A DNA stretch of 64,000 nucleotides from Puccinia triticina. Lineage: Eukaryota. This document shows positions 1 through 11,880 of the stretch, in pieces (the first letter of the stretch is position 1; the number at the start of each line of letters is the position of its first letter). A model generated the notes under the pieces. That model saw only the letters and a program-made list of their open reading frames with translations, was not told the origin of the DNA and made no database searches. The stretch covers positions 8,246,001-8,310,000 of the forward strand of contig CP110439.1 in assembly GCA_026914245.1 (NCBI GenBank). The letters run 5' to 3'. The position numbers and the translations under genes are program-made.

Positions 1-90
1 GAGGATTTAAATGTTCCACCACCCCGCTTTTCCAGATTCCAGTGCCAAAGGGATCATTCAACTCACTCTACCAGGTCCAACACCCACTTC

Positions 91-2130
91 TTGAACAGAG
101 AACCAGCCATGCCAAGGTACCAGGATCCAGTCAGCAGAGGAGTTAAGATCAAACCCATGGACAAAGAGCTCTTCTTTGATGGAACCAACATGCCTGTGGA
201 GAAATTCATTAGAAGGTATGAAAGTGCTGGAAGAGATGATGGTGCTAACTCTAAGGAACTGGCTGGACAAATCATTGCTTTTATCAAAGGATTGGACCTA
301 AAGGATGAAGTGGAAGACATGTCAGGCCATGAAAACTTGGATTGGGAAACCCTGAAGAAACAGCTACTCACCAGGTTTGGAACTTCTCAGCCATTGGTCA
401 GATATACCAGGGAGGATCTCAGGAAACTAGTCTACAAATCTGCCCAGGATGGAGGAATCAGCACCTTGGAAACCTTCAACACATTCAGAAACAAGTTTGA
501 AACCATCACTCACTACTTGGTAAGGATGGGGTACAGTACTAGCCTGGAGGAATTCAGACACCTACTTTTGGAAACTCTTCACAAGGATCTGGATCAAAGA
601 GTTACTAGGAGCTTGATGAGGGACAATCAAATGCTAGCCTCAAAGGATGGAGGTGATATCTTGCCAGACACTGAAACTCTTCTTACCTACATTCACCAGG
701 AAGTTTACTCAAGATCAGTGGTCAACAGAAGGACTGAATGGAGGGCAGAAGAGAAATTAACTTTGGACAACTCACCTAGGACCTCCAAACCTACACCTGC
801 TACTCAGGGAACTGCTCCTACTGCTTCTATTTCTCTGGACAAACAAGTGGAACTCCTTACCAAACAACTTGCATCTCTCACTGCTGGCAAAGGACTACCT
901 CCCCACATGGACAAACCTGCTAGGACCTGGCCATTCAAATGCTATTATTGTCATCAGGAAACCCATGGAACCAACAGCTGCTCTCAACTTGCCCAGGACA
1001 TGTCTAGTGGTGCTGTTATCAAGGATGGAAGAGATTACAGACTTCCAGACAAATCAGTTATTCCCTGGATTCCAAGCAGACCAATCAGAACCCCAGTGGA
1101 AGAGTACTCTAAAACTAAGCTCACATCTTCTTTTGTCCAACTAGAGGAGGACCCAGTCTATTATCAAGCCCATAGTTATGAAGCAGACCTTGGAAAGAGG
1201 ACTAGAAACAACTCTAAGGATCAGGATGAAGAGGAATCAGCCAAGGCAGACAAAAGGATCAGGAAGGAGAAACAGGACCTAATGGACATGGATACAGAGG
1301 ACTTACTTCACATGACACAGCCCCCTACTCCTAGTGCTTCCAAATCCCCTACTTCAAAAGGCTCCCCTCAAGTCAGATTCCAGGATAAGGACAAGGATTC
1401 AACTACTGCACCTAAGGACAAACCAATTAAGAAAACCTATTTGGAGAAGACTTTGGCCAAGGAGTACCCAGGAATTGAAGAGGAAGTGGCTAGTAGGATG
1501 TTGACTGCAGGAAAGATGGAGTTGGCCTTTGGAGAAATCTTTGCTATATCACCAGGAGTTACTGACTGTATTAGGAAGAAGATAACCAACAGAAGGGTCC
1601 CATTGGATGGTGTCAAATCAGCAAACTTCACAGACATGGAGGATGGAGAAGAACCAGCACAGGAGCAACCCACTACTCACTACTCCTGCCCCCTTGGATA
1701 CATCACCATCACTATTGGAGGAGAGAAACATCAAGCACTCTTGGATACTGGTTCTATGGTCAACATTATTCCTGAAACTCTTGCACATAAACTTGGATTG
1801 GTACTCACTGCTAAATCTATGAAGCTCAAAGGAATTGGAGGCCACCTTACTGATATACCTGGAATTGCTGAAGATGTGGAGGTAACCATTGGGAAAGTAG
1901 TTAGGACAGTTCATTTCTGGGTAGCCAAAGGACCAGTTCAGATGATTATTGGAAAGCCTTTCTTGATGGATGTCTCAGCTAACATCAACTAGAATGGAGC
2001 CAGAGGAGAAGCACTTTCAATCATGGATTCAGCTGGTCAGACTTTTTTGGTTCCAATCATACTCCCCAGTAATCAGAAGTGGGAAACCAGCATACCTTCC
2101 AATTCTGGACTGTTAAATTTTTTAGATTGA
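91..2130 (+). CDS. gag: Gag-protease; in-frame TAG at 1990-1992, frame continues to TGA at 2128-2130
   Basis: Zinc knuckle CYYCHQETHGTNSC; aspartic protease LLDTGS and IIGKPFL; true start may lie upstream. Confidence 0.9.
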
Positions 2131-5100
2131 GACCAGGTTTTCAGTTCCCCTCTCTTACAACTGCAACCCTGGAAAACAACCAAAAGCAACAAACTGTAGT
2201 CGCTCATTCAGCAAAATATAAATCAACTCTAAAAAAAATAAAACCAGGAAACCAACCAATGCCATTATCTCTCAATCCCCCATTGTCAAGGCCACCACTC
2301 TCAAGAGATCCTTACCTCACTCCTTTAAGCCCTTTTCCTCCACCATTCACTCCTACCTCCAAGATTACTCAAGAAAGGCTGGACCTCATCAATTTTGGAC
2401 CTCCTGGATGGCTTTCTCCTCAAGAATATCTCCTGCTGGTATGGGTAATTGTGATTAGACAAGGTGCTTTGGCTTTTGTAGAAACAGAAAGAGGCCTTCT
2501 TAAACACACCTATGGACAGCCTTATATTATTCCAGTCATTCCTCATGAACCTTGGCAACAGAAACCAATTCCAATCCCTGCACCCATCAAAGACCAGGTT
2601 ATAGAATTGGTAAGGGAAAGACTCAGTACTGGCCTCTATGAACAATCCTTTTCCAGTTATTCCAGCCCTATATTTTGTGTAAAGAAGCAGGATGGTAAGC
2701 TCAGAATTGTACATGACCTTCAGAAACTCAACAAAGTCACCATTAAGGACGCTGGACTACCACCAAAGACAGAGGAACTCATTGAATCATTCACTGGAAG
2801 GGCTTGCTATGGACTAGGTGATATTATGGGAGGATATGATGAAAGAGAATTAGCTCCAGAATCCAGACCTTTGACCACCTTTGAAACACCCCTTGGAAGA
2901 TTTCAACTTACCAGATTACCCCAAGGAGCCACCAATTCAGTTGCAGTTTACCAGGCCCAAATGATGTGGATACTCCAGGATGAATTACCTCAACATATGG
3001 GAATCTTTGTGGATGATGGAGGTATAAAAGGACCAACCTCTGACTACAATGAAGAAACTCTAAAGGACAACCCCCAGATCAGAAGATTTATCTATGAATA
3101 TGCCATTACTCTGGAAAGGATTCTTTTCAGGATTGAAGAAGCTGGACTCACCATCTCTGGGAAGAAATTTGCTTGCTGTGTACCTGCTCTGGATCTGGTT
3201 GGCCATGTGGTTTGTAAGGAAGGCAGAAGGATATCCATCAAGAAGCTCAACAAAATTGAAACCTGGCCAACTCCCACCACTCCTTCAGATGTCAGAGGAT
3301 TCCTAGGTATCTGTGTATATGTTAGAATGTTCATTAAAAATTACTCAACCATTACTGCTCCACTCAGAAGACTCACCAGGAAGGACTCCTCTTGGGATTG
3401 GACTGAAGATTGCCAGGATGCCTTTGAGGACCTTAAAAGGATTGTTGGAACTGATATCACCCTGAAGAAATTGGACTATGGACCTAATGCTGGCTTAATC
3501 AAACTCTCAGTGGACTCCAGTGTTATTGCTGCAGGTGCTGTTCTTACTCAACAGGATTCTGATGGATTGGATAGGCCTGTGTTATATGAGTCAGTAGTCT
3601 TTTCACCCAGGGAATCAAAATACTCACAATCCAAATTAGAACTCTGTGGTGTTGCCAAGATCCTCAAGAAACTTCAAACCAAACTGTGGGGCCAACATTT
3701 TCAACTCAGAGTGGATGCCCAGTGCCTTATTGGAATGATCAACAACCCTTCACTTCCCAATGCCCCTATGAACAGATGGATTGGATTTATTCAGTTATTC
3801 TCCTATGACCTTGTTCACACTCCTGGAAAAACTTTCACCTTACCTGATGGACTTTCAAGAAGGCCCCCTGATTCTGATGAAGATGACTGTCCTAGCTTTG
3901 ATGAAGATGAAACCTGGATCAAACCTCACCCTGGATTTGGAACTAAACATTCTTCTTTTGGCCTGCTTCTGGGGACATCAGCTAAGTTGGGGGAGGGGGT
4001 AAGTAACTTGCAGCAAGGAATTTGGAAGCACCTCCAGGAATACCTTTCAACCATGAACAAACCTCCAGGATGCAGCAGCCTGGAATTCAAGAAAATTTTG
4101 CACAAATCAGCCAACTTCTTCCTTTCCAATGGAGTCTTGCACAGGATCAACAAACCATTCTCCCAGATAGTAGTCACCTCCTCTTCAGCTCAGAATTCCA
4201 TCCTCAATTCCCTTCATGAATCCTTAGGCCACAGAGGTATTGCTGAAACCTACAGAAGGATTAAACTCAGATTTTGGTGGCCAAGTCTCAAGAGAGGTGT
4301 TACCAAGTGGGTCCAGTCTTGTGAAGCTTGCCAGAAGAGGAGTTCAAAATTGCCAATGGAACCCAAGAAACCTACAGGAGCAGCAACCATCTTTGGAAGA
4401 GTCAGTTTGGATACAGTTCACATCAAAGCTGGCAAATGGAAATACCTGGTAATTGCAAGAGATGACCTTTCTGGATGGGTAGAGGCAGTTGGACTAGAAA
4501 AGATTCAAGCAAAGAAAATCTCTCAGTGGTTCTTGGACAACTGGATCTACAGATATGGAGCCCCTTGGTCAGTCACAGTGGATGGAGGATCTGAATTTGG
4601 ACAACAATTTCAAAAATCCCTTCTGGAATCTGGAATCAAAATCAAAGTCACCACCCCTTATTATCCTGAAGCAAATGGTATGGTAGAAAGAGGACATCAG
4701 GCAATCAAGGATACCTTGGTCAAGCTCTGTGGAAAAGAAGGCAAGAAGTGGAGGAATTATTTACCTTTAGTTTTATTTGCAGACAGAATTTCCACCAAAA
4801 GATCAACTGGTTACTCACCTTATGAATTAGTTCTTGGACAGCCCCCCATCTTACCCATTGACCTAGAATTGGAAACCTTCTTTGGAGTGGATTGGTCAAA
4901 GGTAGAATCAACTCAGGATCTTTTATTGGCTAGGACTCAGCAGCTTGAAAACAGGGATACCATCTTGCAGCAAGCACACCAGCAGCTTATGGATTCCAGG
5001 AAGAACTCTGTGGACTATTGGAACAAGAAGAAAACATCAAGGCAGCCACTAAAGAAAGGTCAATTAGTAGTAGTGTATAACAAATCTTTGGACTCTCAGT

Positions 5101-5249
5101 TTGGCAAGCTCTTTGAAAATAAATGGAATGGCCCTTACAGAATCAAAGCTCAAAACCCAGGAGGATCTTACATCTTGGAAGAATTGGATGGCACAGAATT
5201 AGCCAGAAGGTTTGCTGCAACTCATGTCAAGGAATACCACTCCAGGTAA
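2079..5249 (+). CDS. pol: Pol (RT-RNase H-integrase) in the -1 frame relative to gag
   Basis: RT motifs LPQG and FVDD; RNase H VDSS, ELCG; integrase HHCC (H-ESLG-H...CEAC), D/D/E (SLDT, TVDGG, GMVER), GPY motif; no chromodomain. Confidence 0.95.
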   Translation: MGNQHTFQFWTVKFFRLRPGFQFPSLTTATLENNQKQQTVVAHSAKYKSTLKKIKPGNQPMPLSLNPPLSRPPLSRDPYLTPLSPFPPPFTPTSKITQERLDLINFGPPGWLSPQEYLLLVWVIVIRQGALAFVETERGLLKHTYGQPYIIPVIPHEPWQQKPIPIPAPIKDQVIELVRERLSTGLYEQSFSSYSSPIFCVKKQDGKLRIVHDLQKLNKVTIKDAGLPPKTEELIESFTGRACYGLGDIMGGYDERELAPESRPLTTFETPLGRFQLTRLPQGATNSVAVYQAQMMWILQDELPQHMGIFVDDGGIKGPTSDYNEETLKDNPQIRRFIYEYAITLERILFRIEEAGLTISGKKFACCVPALDLVGHVVCKEGRRISIKKLNKIETWPTPTTPSDVRGFLGICVYVRMFIKNYSTITAPLRRLTRKDSSWDWTEDCQDAFEDLKRIVGTDITLKKLDYGPNAGLIKLSVDSSVIAAGAVLTQQDSDGLDRPVLYESVVFSPRESKYSQSKLELCGVAKILKKLQTKLWGQHFQLRVDAQCLIGMINNPSLPNAPMNRWIGFIQLFSYDLVHTPGKTFTLPDGLSRRPPDSDEDDCPSFDEDETWIKPHPGFGTKHSSFGLLLGTSAKLGEGVSNLQQGIWKHLQEYLSTMNKPPGCSSLEFKKILHKSANFFLSNGVLHRINKPFSQIVVTSSSAQNSILNSLHESLGHRGIAETYRRIKLRFWWPSLKRGVTKWVQSCEACQKRSSKLPMEPKKPTGAATIFGRVSLDTVHIKAGKWKYLVIARDDLSGWVEAVGLEKIQAKKISQWFLDNWIYRYGAPWSVTVDGGSEFGQQFQKSLLESGIKIKVTTPYYPEANGMVERGHQAIKDTLVKLCGKEGKKWRNYLPLVLFADRISTKRSTGYSPYELVLGQPPILPIDLELETFFGVDWSKVESTQDLLLARTQQLENRDTILQQAHQQLMDSRKNSVDYWNKKKTSRQPLKKGQLVVVYNKSLDSQFGKLFENKWNGPYRIKAQNPGGSYILEELDGTELARRFAATHVKEYHSR

Positions 5250-5266
5250 AAACAAATAAGGAATAA

Positions 5267-6174
5267 TCAATTCATCTCTTTTCTCTTTCTCATCTTCTTA
5301 CACAATAACATAACAACAAAATAAAATAAAATCTATAAACAAATCAGAAATAAATCAATATAAATCAGTCTCAAAAACACTCTCAAATAAAAATAACTAA
5401 ATATAAAAATCAAAAGCTCACCTCTTCTTCTTTTATCACTACATCACCCTCTTCCATTTCACTTTTCTCCTTCTCTTTTCCCTTCTCCTTATCTAAAAAT
5501 CAAAAGACATCAAAAGAAAAATTAAAGCATAACATTAGTAAAAATCCTCAATAAAGAATAAAAATAGAACTTACCCTCAGCTCTTATCCTCTCCATTTCT
5601 GCTTCTACCCTCCAACCATCTTCCTCCTCTTCCACTTGGTCCCTCACCCTTAACAACTCCAGGGCATTCTTTTCCTCAGTTTCCTCTATCATGGCATCTA
5701 TTATGGAATGAGTATCCATCTAAAAATCAAAATAGAAACAGGGAAAAATATCAGTATTATAATCAATCTTCTTTCTTTTCAAATTCTTATTCATCTACAT
5801 ACAGAATCCACTCAACATACATGTGCAAAGGCGTCGTGAAATCGGCTATACAACCTCAGACGTGCGTTTCGTGCGGCAACCGGGTCGTCGAGGTCCTCAC
5901 GAGCAAAGGCAAGGAGTCCTTGCTGGATAAAGTGGCGCAAGGCGTAGATTTCTTCGGGTTTGAAACTGTCCCGCATGCCGGAGTTATATGCGTGGACGTT
6001 GTCTACGGCCGAGTGCGCTCGACAAATGGAAAACGGGATATCGTAAGAGGGGCTAATAACGGCTGCTTCGTCGAGTTGAGATGAAGTTATGGACGTGTTT
6101 GAAGAATAATCTAAGGAGTTATCGAGGTTTTCTTTCGGCGATGAGGGCGTGGAAGTGGCGCTGGAGGCAAACAT
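5267..6174 (-). CDS. Predicted spliced antisense accessory gene inside Gypsy: exons 6174-5821, 5719-5575, 5492-5422, possibly 5332-5267 (~210 aa, unknown function)
   Basis: Donors GTATGT, GTAAGT, GTGAGC; acceptors TTTTAG, TTTTAG, TTATAG; CTRAY-type branch sites; introns 101, 82, 89 nt; frame preserved at every junction; TATAAG ~55 nt upstream of ATG. Confidence 0.75.
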
Positions 6175-7230
6175 TACGGATATTGAATGCGATAACGGAA
6201 CTTTTCCGTTGGCCGACGACCTGGGGCCTTATAGATACTCATTTTTCTTCATTTTATGACGTCACTATGGACGCCTTCACCGCTCAGAATCGTGTGGCGC
6301 GGATTCTCTTTCATTTTCTTAATGTTGACTCTGGTGTTCGACCCAGTTTAATTAAATTCTTGGAACGCTTTCACGTCATTCTTTTCGCCTATAACTTTTT
6401 TCAATCGATTGGCCAGCTTCAGGAGTCTAATTGGACAGCTCCTTGGCGTTACCTTAAGAGTATTTCATCATGTATTCATCTCCCTTCAACTCCTATACAA
6501 TGGAAACCGCGGAAAATCATAATAAAGCTTTAATCGCTCGAATAATCGGTCGGCCGGCTTCAAATTTAATATTGATCATTACAGTCTTCATAAATGCGAT
6601 CTTGCCTTTCATTTGAACCCGGTTCTGGACGATTCTATCGAGCCGTTTAGAAGTTATAACCCCTCAAAGTTTCCCTAGGATTTACGCGGCCCCACGGGTG
6701 CCATTCATTAAACGTTTACGGCGACCTATCGGCCGAAAGGAATCTCAATATCAATCTATTCTAGTTTCATCTCCTCCTTCTTGCCTTTCAAATGAGCTCG
6801 TAATTAGAAAATTTCATCGACGGGTTTTTGAGTTATATCTGGAGGAAGTGGTCTCTTAATCTGCACGGCTTTACTACTACGCGCGCCCGCGGGTCTTGCT
6901 TGGATCTTTAACCGGCCCTACACAATCGATACTCAACCCTTAAAAATAACCAGTATATACCATTTTAATCTGCAGAATCGCCTCTTTCGAATGAACTTGG
7001 TTTCAAGAATTTTCATCGAGCCGTTCCGGAGATACAGGTCGATCAATTTCTATTTTTCTTTTCGTCATTCCGCACGCGCGCCTCCCGCTTGGAGCCCCCG
7101 CTCAGACAACTGGACCCCTCTTTCGACAGCACGCGCGCATGGACACATGTTCCATTCCTCATCTGTACAAAAATTAACGCTTTTTTTCGTAGTGGACATG
7201 GGGAAATTAAAAGGAGTCAAGTACTCAAGA
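5830..7230. promoter_or_regulatory. CpG island within an otherwise CpG-depleted element, covering exon 1 and upstream region of the antisense gene
   Basis: Dense CG dinucleotides here versus only isolated CG in 1-5820 and 7230-9154. Confidence 0.7.
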
Positions 7231-7249
7231 ATAATGGAGAAAAAAGGAA

Positions 7250-8150
7250 GGAAAAAGAATCATCATCATGGAAAAGGAATTCATTCGGGAATCATCACTC
7301 ATTTTTATCCATCCATCAATCCATCCATCCATCATTATTCCTTACCATCTAATATCAATTATGGATCATCAATCAATTCAATCATCCATCAATCAATCCA
7401 TCCATCCATCATTATTCCTTACCATCCCATAGCAATTACTGGACATCCAACCACCACAATATTGGAACTTCATCATCTTCACCCTGTATTCTAGGAATTA
7501 TTCAATCAGCAATCCAATCACTCATTCATTCATCATTATAATCAATTTCTTCCAACACATTGCAGCTCAGAAACCACCCAACTTGAGCAAGAATATTCTT
7601 TGGACAGCTTATCAACCTCTCTGGACTTCAAATTCTCTTCACTGAACTTTACATTATATACTCAGAAACTCAGAAATCCAGTCATTCAATTCCAAATCAT
7701 TCACACCCTTCAGAAATTACAATTATCAACCTCATCAATCAATCAATCAATCATCATCAATCATTGCATTCTTCCTTAGCCTCAGTTAGGCGGGAAGATT
7801 ATTCTCCAGAGTGGAAATTAGTCTAATATGTGTCTGTCTCAAGGATATTGCCTTCAGCAGAGTTAGATCTTCTTATACATTCAACCCTCATTGATAATTG
7901 GACCTTCTTTTGGATACTGGACTCTTTGGATTGGATACTGGACTATGGATACTCTGGATACATAGGACTATTGGACTTTGGATTGGACTTGGATACCTTG
8001 GACGCAGATATACTGGACTTGGTTTATACTTGGATTCTAATTGGCTTTGGACACTGGACTCTGGATTTGGACTGCTACTCAGGACTTTGGATTTCACCTT
8101 TTGGAGGAAGAACACTGGACTTTGGACTTTGGACTCTTGGACTCAACATT
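7250..8150 (+). repeat. Strand-biased low-complexity tracts: ATC/AATC/CATC-rich (7250-7770) and TTGGAY-rich (7860-8150)
   Basis: Visible degenerate short tandem motifs upstream of the PPT. Confidence 0.7.
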
Positions 8151-8220
8151 CTTCAACTCTTTCTGGATCACTCTTCTCTTTGGTGCATTGCCTGGGGACA
8201 GACAATAAGTTGGGGGAGGA

Positions 8221-9154
8221 TGTGGTGCTCCATTCCAAACCATAAGTAGTATTTTATTGCTTTCTTTTACATATATTCATCATTACATTGAAAATTTCCC
8301 CATAACCCTTCACAAATACCTCATTATTATTGCATATTCAGATTCTACATCAAATTTCACATATAGTCCCTCATACATAGTATACCCTTATCTTCAATGG
8401 TTCAATAGTTATAGAGGATATAAGACTTACAGATAATCTACAGTCTTCATTAGTTACAATACTCAATTCATTAGTAACTTACTTGGAATCATTACAGTAC
8501 ATCCCTTTTACATAATTACTTTCACATACTAAACCCTTTACATACATTCCTCATTATGTACTATGGCTATTGTACACATTACATCATTAGATCTGTGCTT
8601 ACCTCTTTCAGTAGTGCTCATCATTACAAGTAGTTACTATGTTCTCATCACTTTTCCCCATTAGTACATTCTTTTATTCCCATAACCAGCATTCCCTTTT
8701 CAGCATTGCTCATCATTACATACTGTTACTATGTTCACATCACTCTTCCTCATTTGTACAACCTTCATTCTCATAGCCAGAACTCTTCATTGTCTGTGCT
8801 CATCCCTCCTTACTATAAGAATTGTCTTCCCCCCCCTCACTTGTACCTCATGCAGAGAAATATATACAGAATTTATAGATAATTTTGGATACAGAAATTA
8901 TAAGTCCCCCACTCTCATCAATCCTCCATCTCTCTTACCCTCAGTAGTCAGTAGTTAAAGCTCATAGTACTAGCTCCTAAGATCAAGCAGAAATCAGCCA
9001 CACCTTTTCTTCTTTTTTTCTTAGTGTTACTCTCATCCCCTCAGCATTAGTCAGGAAGGCAGCCTCATCAGCACCCTTGCATAGCTTACATTAGTACTAG
9101 TGTTGCTATCCATTTACCTTCCAAGCTCTATTCTCCCCTTTGAGTAGTTCCACA
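8221..9154 (+). repeat. 3' LTR of the Gypsy element
   Basis: Follows PPT; TGTGG...CCACA; ends resemble those of solo LTRs at 12248 (start) and 31595 (end). Confidence 0.88.
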
Positions 9155-9175
9155 ACGACAACTCGACTGAGAGGG

Positions 9176-9896
9176 GGATGCGCTATACTGGCTACCCCTA
9201 CCCAAGCGAGTGGCTCATGTCATACAGTGACTGGAGCCTGAATTACTCAGAGTTCTTGGTAAGCACCTCATCTGAAAAAAAAAGCCTATCTCGAGGAAAA
9301 CGTTGCAGTAGAAACTGATTAAAAGTGGTCCCTGGCAGATAACAATGAGGGACATATATAGATATGAAACTCTCGGACAATGGATAGTCCTGCACAAGAT
9401 GAATGCGGACAAAATCCTTCGCAAGGACGGCTTTATGGTTGCATTGCGGTACGACATCCGGATTCGCGCAAACACGTTCGCCCACCGGGTTGTCAAGAAC
9501 GGAGTCTCTTCGTTTTTGGACATCTTGGTATTTAGGCAAGAGGTCTATGACACCGCATACAGCGAATCTAGACGGCTAGACAAACTTTTGTTCAGGGACA
9601 GCAACCCCTACGCAGTAGGCGGCCCAAGATTCGGTTGCGACCCACATACCGGCTTGAACCCAAACAAACGGGGCGGTAACTTGGCAAACACGCCGAGATC
9701 GGCCCCACCGGCAGCGGCGGCGAACCCGGCCAATTCAAACCCAGGCCCAGCCACGAGCGGCCTCCCGGCTAAGCCAAAAGAAGGTAGACCGAAGAGCACC
9801 GGTTACCTCGGGAAGCACTTCAACCCGGCCTTTGCCGAGCAACGCGCCAACGGACAAATTCCCAAGCAATCTGGCAACGGGCCAAGCGGACTGTAG
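9176..9896 (+). CDS. ORF1 (gag-like) 3' part of YR retroelement with predicted intron 9259-9338
   Basis: GMRYTGYPYPSEWLMSYSDWSLNYSEFL joins ITMRDIYRY... after removing an 80-nt GTAAGC...CTGAT...GGCAG segment. Confidence 0.65.
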
Positions 9897-10186
9897 GTCT
9901 CCTTTCTCTATCAGAACAAAAACTCTCCTTTTTGCCTCGTTTTCTTTCCCACTTTTCCCAATCAACCCATTCCGCCCACATCCGTCATTCTCAAACCCTT
10001 CCTCTCATCGCCTTGTCTTAAACGCTTCCCCCCCCTACGTCCTGGTATCACCAGTCTTTCCCTCTAGTCACTTTTTTGTCAGGGCTACCTCATCCTCCTC
10101 CTTTGTCAATATCCAGTTGCGATTTGTCCCTCGCACGACCAAAAAAATCAGAATCCGTTTGAACTGAAATAACAAATCCTTCTTAT

Positions 10187-11880
10187 ATGCGCACTTTTTT
10201 TCCACTCAATAGAGAGCCCATCCCATTTGGAAATGAATTTGAACCCATTGCGGTCGAGAGTGATGGCTCCCAAAACGGCGACACCAGCCCAATGTGGCCA
10301 ACGCAAGCTAAGTGCAATATGAATATTGAAGCCTGGGAGGCAGCACTCTCCACTGCAAGCCTGCTCCCAGAGTACCAAGATGTGCTCGAGGGTTTCAGAG
10401 TTGGTTTCGACCAGGGTATCCCACTCCACGACCTGGGGGAAGACATCCCGTATTTTGCCCCTCCAAACCACCAATCGGCGCTGATGGCAAGAGAAAAGAT
10501 CGAAGAATCTATCGCTAAAGAAATTGCGGCGGGTCACATGTTTGGACCCTTCCAATCCGAGGAAGTTTGGGACCGTTTCGGTTTCTTTAGAACGAACCCG
10601 CTAGGAGCGGTGGTAAACGGAGACAGCTCGCTTCGAGCTATCAACGACCTCTCCTATCCCCATAACTACCCTAACATCCCCTCCGTGAACTTGTTTGTGA
10701 ACAAGGACGATTTCCAAACCACTTGGGATGATTTCTTAGCAGTATCCAGCTTTCTCCGCAGTCTCACAAAGGCAACTCTCCTGGCAATTTTTGACTGGGA
10801 AAAAGCCTACAGGCAGATCCCGACAGCACCAAAACAGTGGCCCTTTTTGATGCTCAAAACTTTTGACGACCAGATTGTCATCGACACCAGGATTGCATTT
10901 GGTGGTGTCGCCGGCTGCGGCTCATTTGGCAGACCAGCAGACGCTTGGAAACAGATCATGCTTGCCGAGTTTGATCTTGTCAACGTCTTCCGCTGGGTCG
11001 ACAACAACTTGTTCATCAAGGAAGTCTCGTCCACCGTCACCATGGAGGACATTGTCAAGAGATCAAACAAATTAGGTGTTAAGACCAACCCAACAAAAGT
11101 ATCGCCTTTCAAGACGGAACAAAAATACATTGGATTTATCTGGAATGCCGCGGAAAAGACCGTCCGGCTACCTGAGGAAAAGCTAGTGGAACGCATAAAG
11201 CAAATCGAGTCCTTCCTGGTTATCGGCGATGTATTCAACTACAACCAGGCCGAAGTCCTCGCAGGCAGATTAAACCATGTGTCGTACATGCTACCCCAGC
11301 TCCGCGCGTACCTATGCGGTTTGTACCGCTGGATGTGTAGCTGGGTACACAGACGGGCGGCACTCCCTATTCCTCTAGACGTACGGAACGACTTGGAATA
11401 CTGGCAAGCTACCCTACTGTCGTTCGAGCACACTCGCTTGATAGCAAGCCCCGAACCGACCGAAATTGGGTGGATGGGGGATGCCTCAACCAATTATGGC
11501 ATTGGGGTGACGATTGGCCGTGCGAAACCTAGACGTGGCATTGCCTGGCTCGAGACGGCAGCAATCCGCGTGGGCATCCTCATGCTAAAAGATCTAGGGG
11601 TCAAGCAAGGGAAAACTATCATCGTGTGGACCGACAATACCACAACGGAAAACGCAATCAAGAGCAGGAAGTCTAGAGACTTCCACGTCAACAACGAATG
11701 GAAGCTCATCCAGGACCTGCTCCTCAACCTCCAAATAGATCTAGTCGCGAAGTGAGTGACCTCCGAGGACAATAGAGCCAATGCACTCTCTCGCAGCGAC
11801 CGAACTGGGCAAGACAAAACGAGACGATTGGTCATCACCCTTCCACGTGACCTCGAGGAGAGGATGTTTCATCCTTCCGC
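10187..11880 (+). pseudogene. RT-RNase H of YR retroelement, inactivated
   Basis: DWEKAYRQIP, IAFGG, WVDN (expected WVDD), RNase H GDAST, LETAA, WTDN; premature TGA at 11753-11755. Confidence 0.9.

Larger units (their letters stand above)
1..9154 (+). mobile_element. Ty3/Gypsy LTR retrotransposon (5' end outside window) with ~3 kb extra region between pol and 3' LTR
   Basis: gag-PR then RT-RNaseH-IN order; PPT GGGGGAGGA ending at 8220; 3' LTR 8221-9154 with TGTGG...CCACA termini; 3' flank ACGA. Confidence 0.95.

Noticed and set aside
1990..1992. Programmed readthrough of TAG in gag-PR
   Set aside because: Context TAG AAT GGA is not a known readthrough signal; a point mutation from a Tyr codon is simpler, untestable with one copy
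7830..8249. Env-like hydrophobic ORF before the LTR
   Set aside because: Derived from TTGGAY low-complexity repeats, open in several frames, no domain signal
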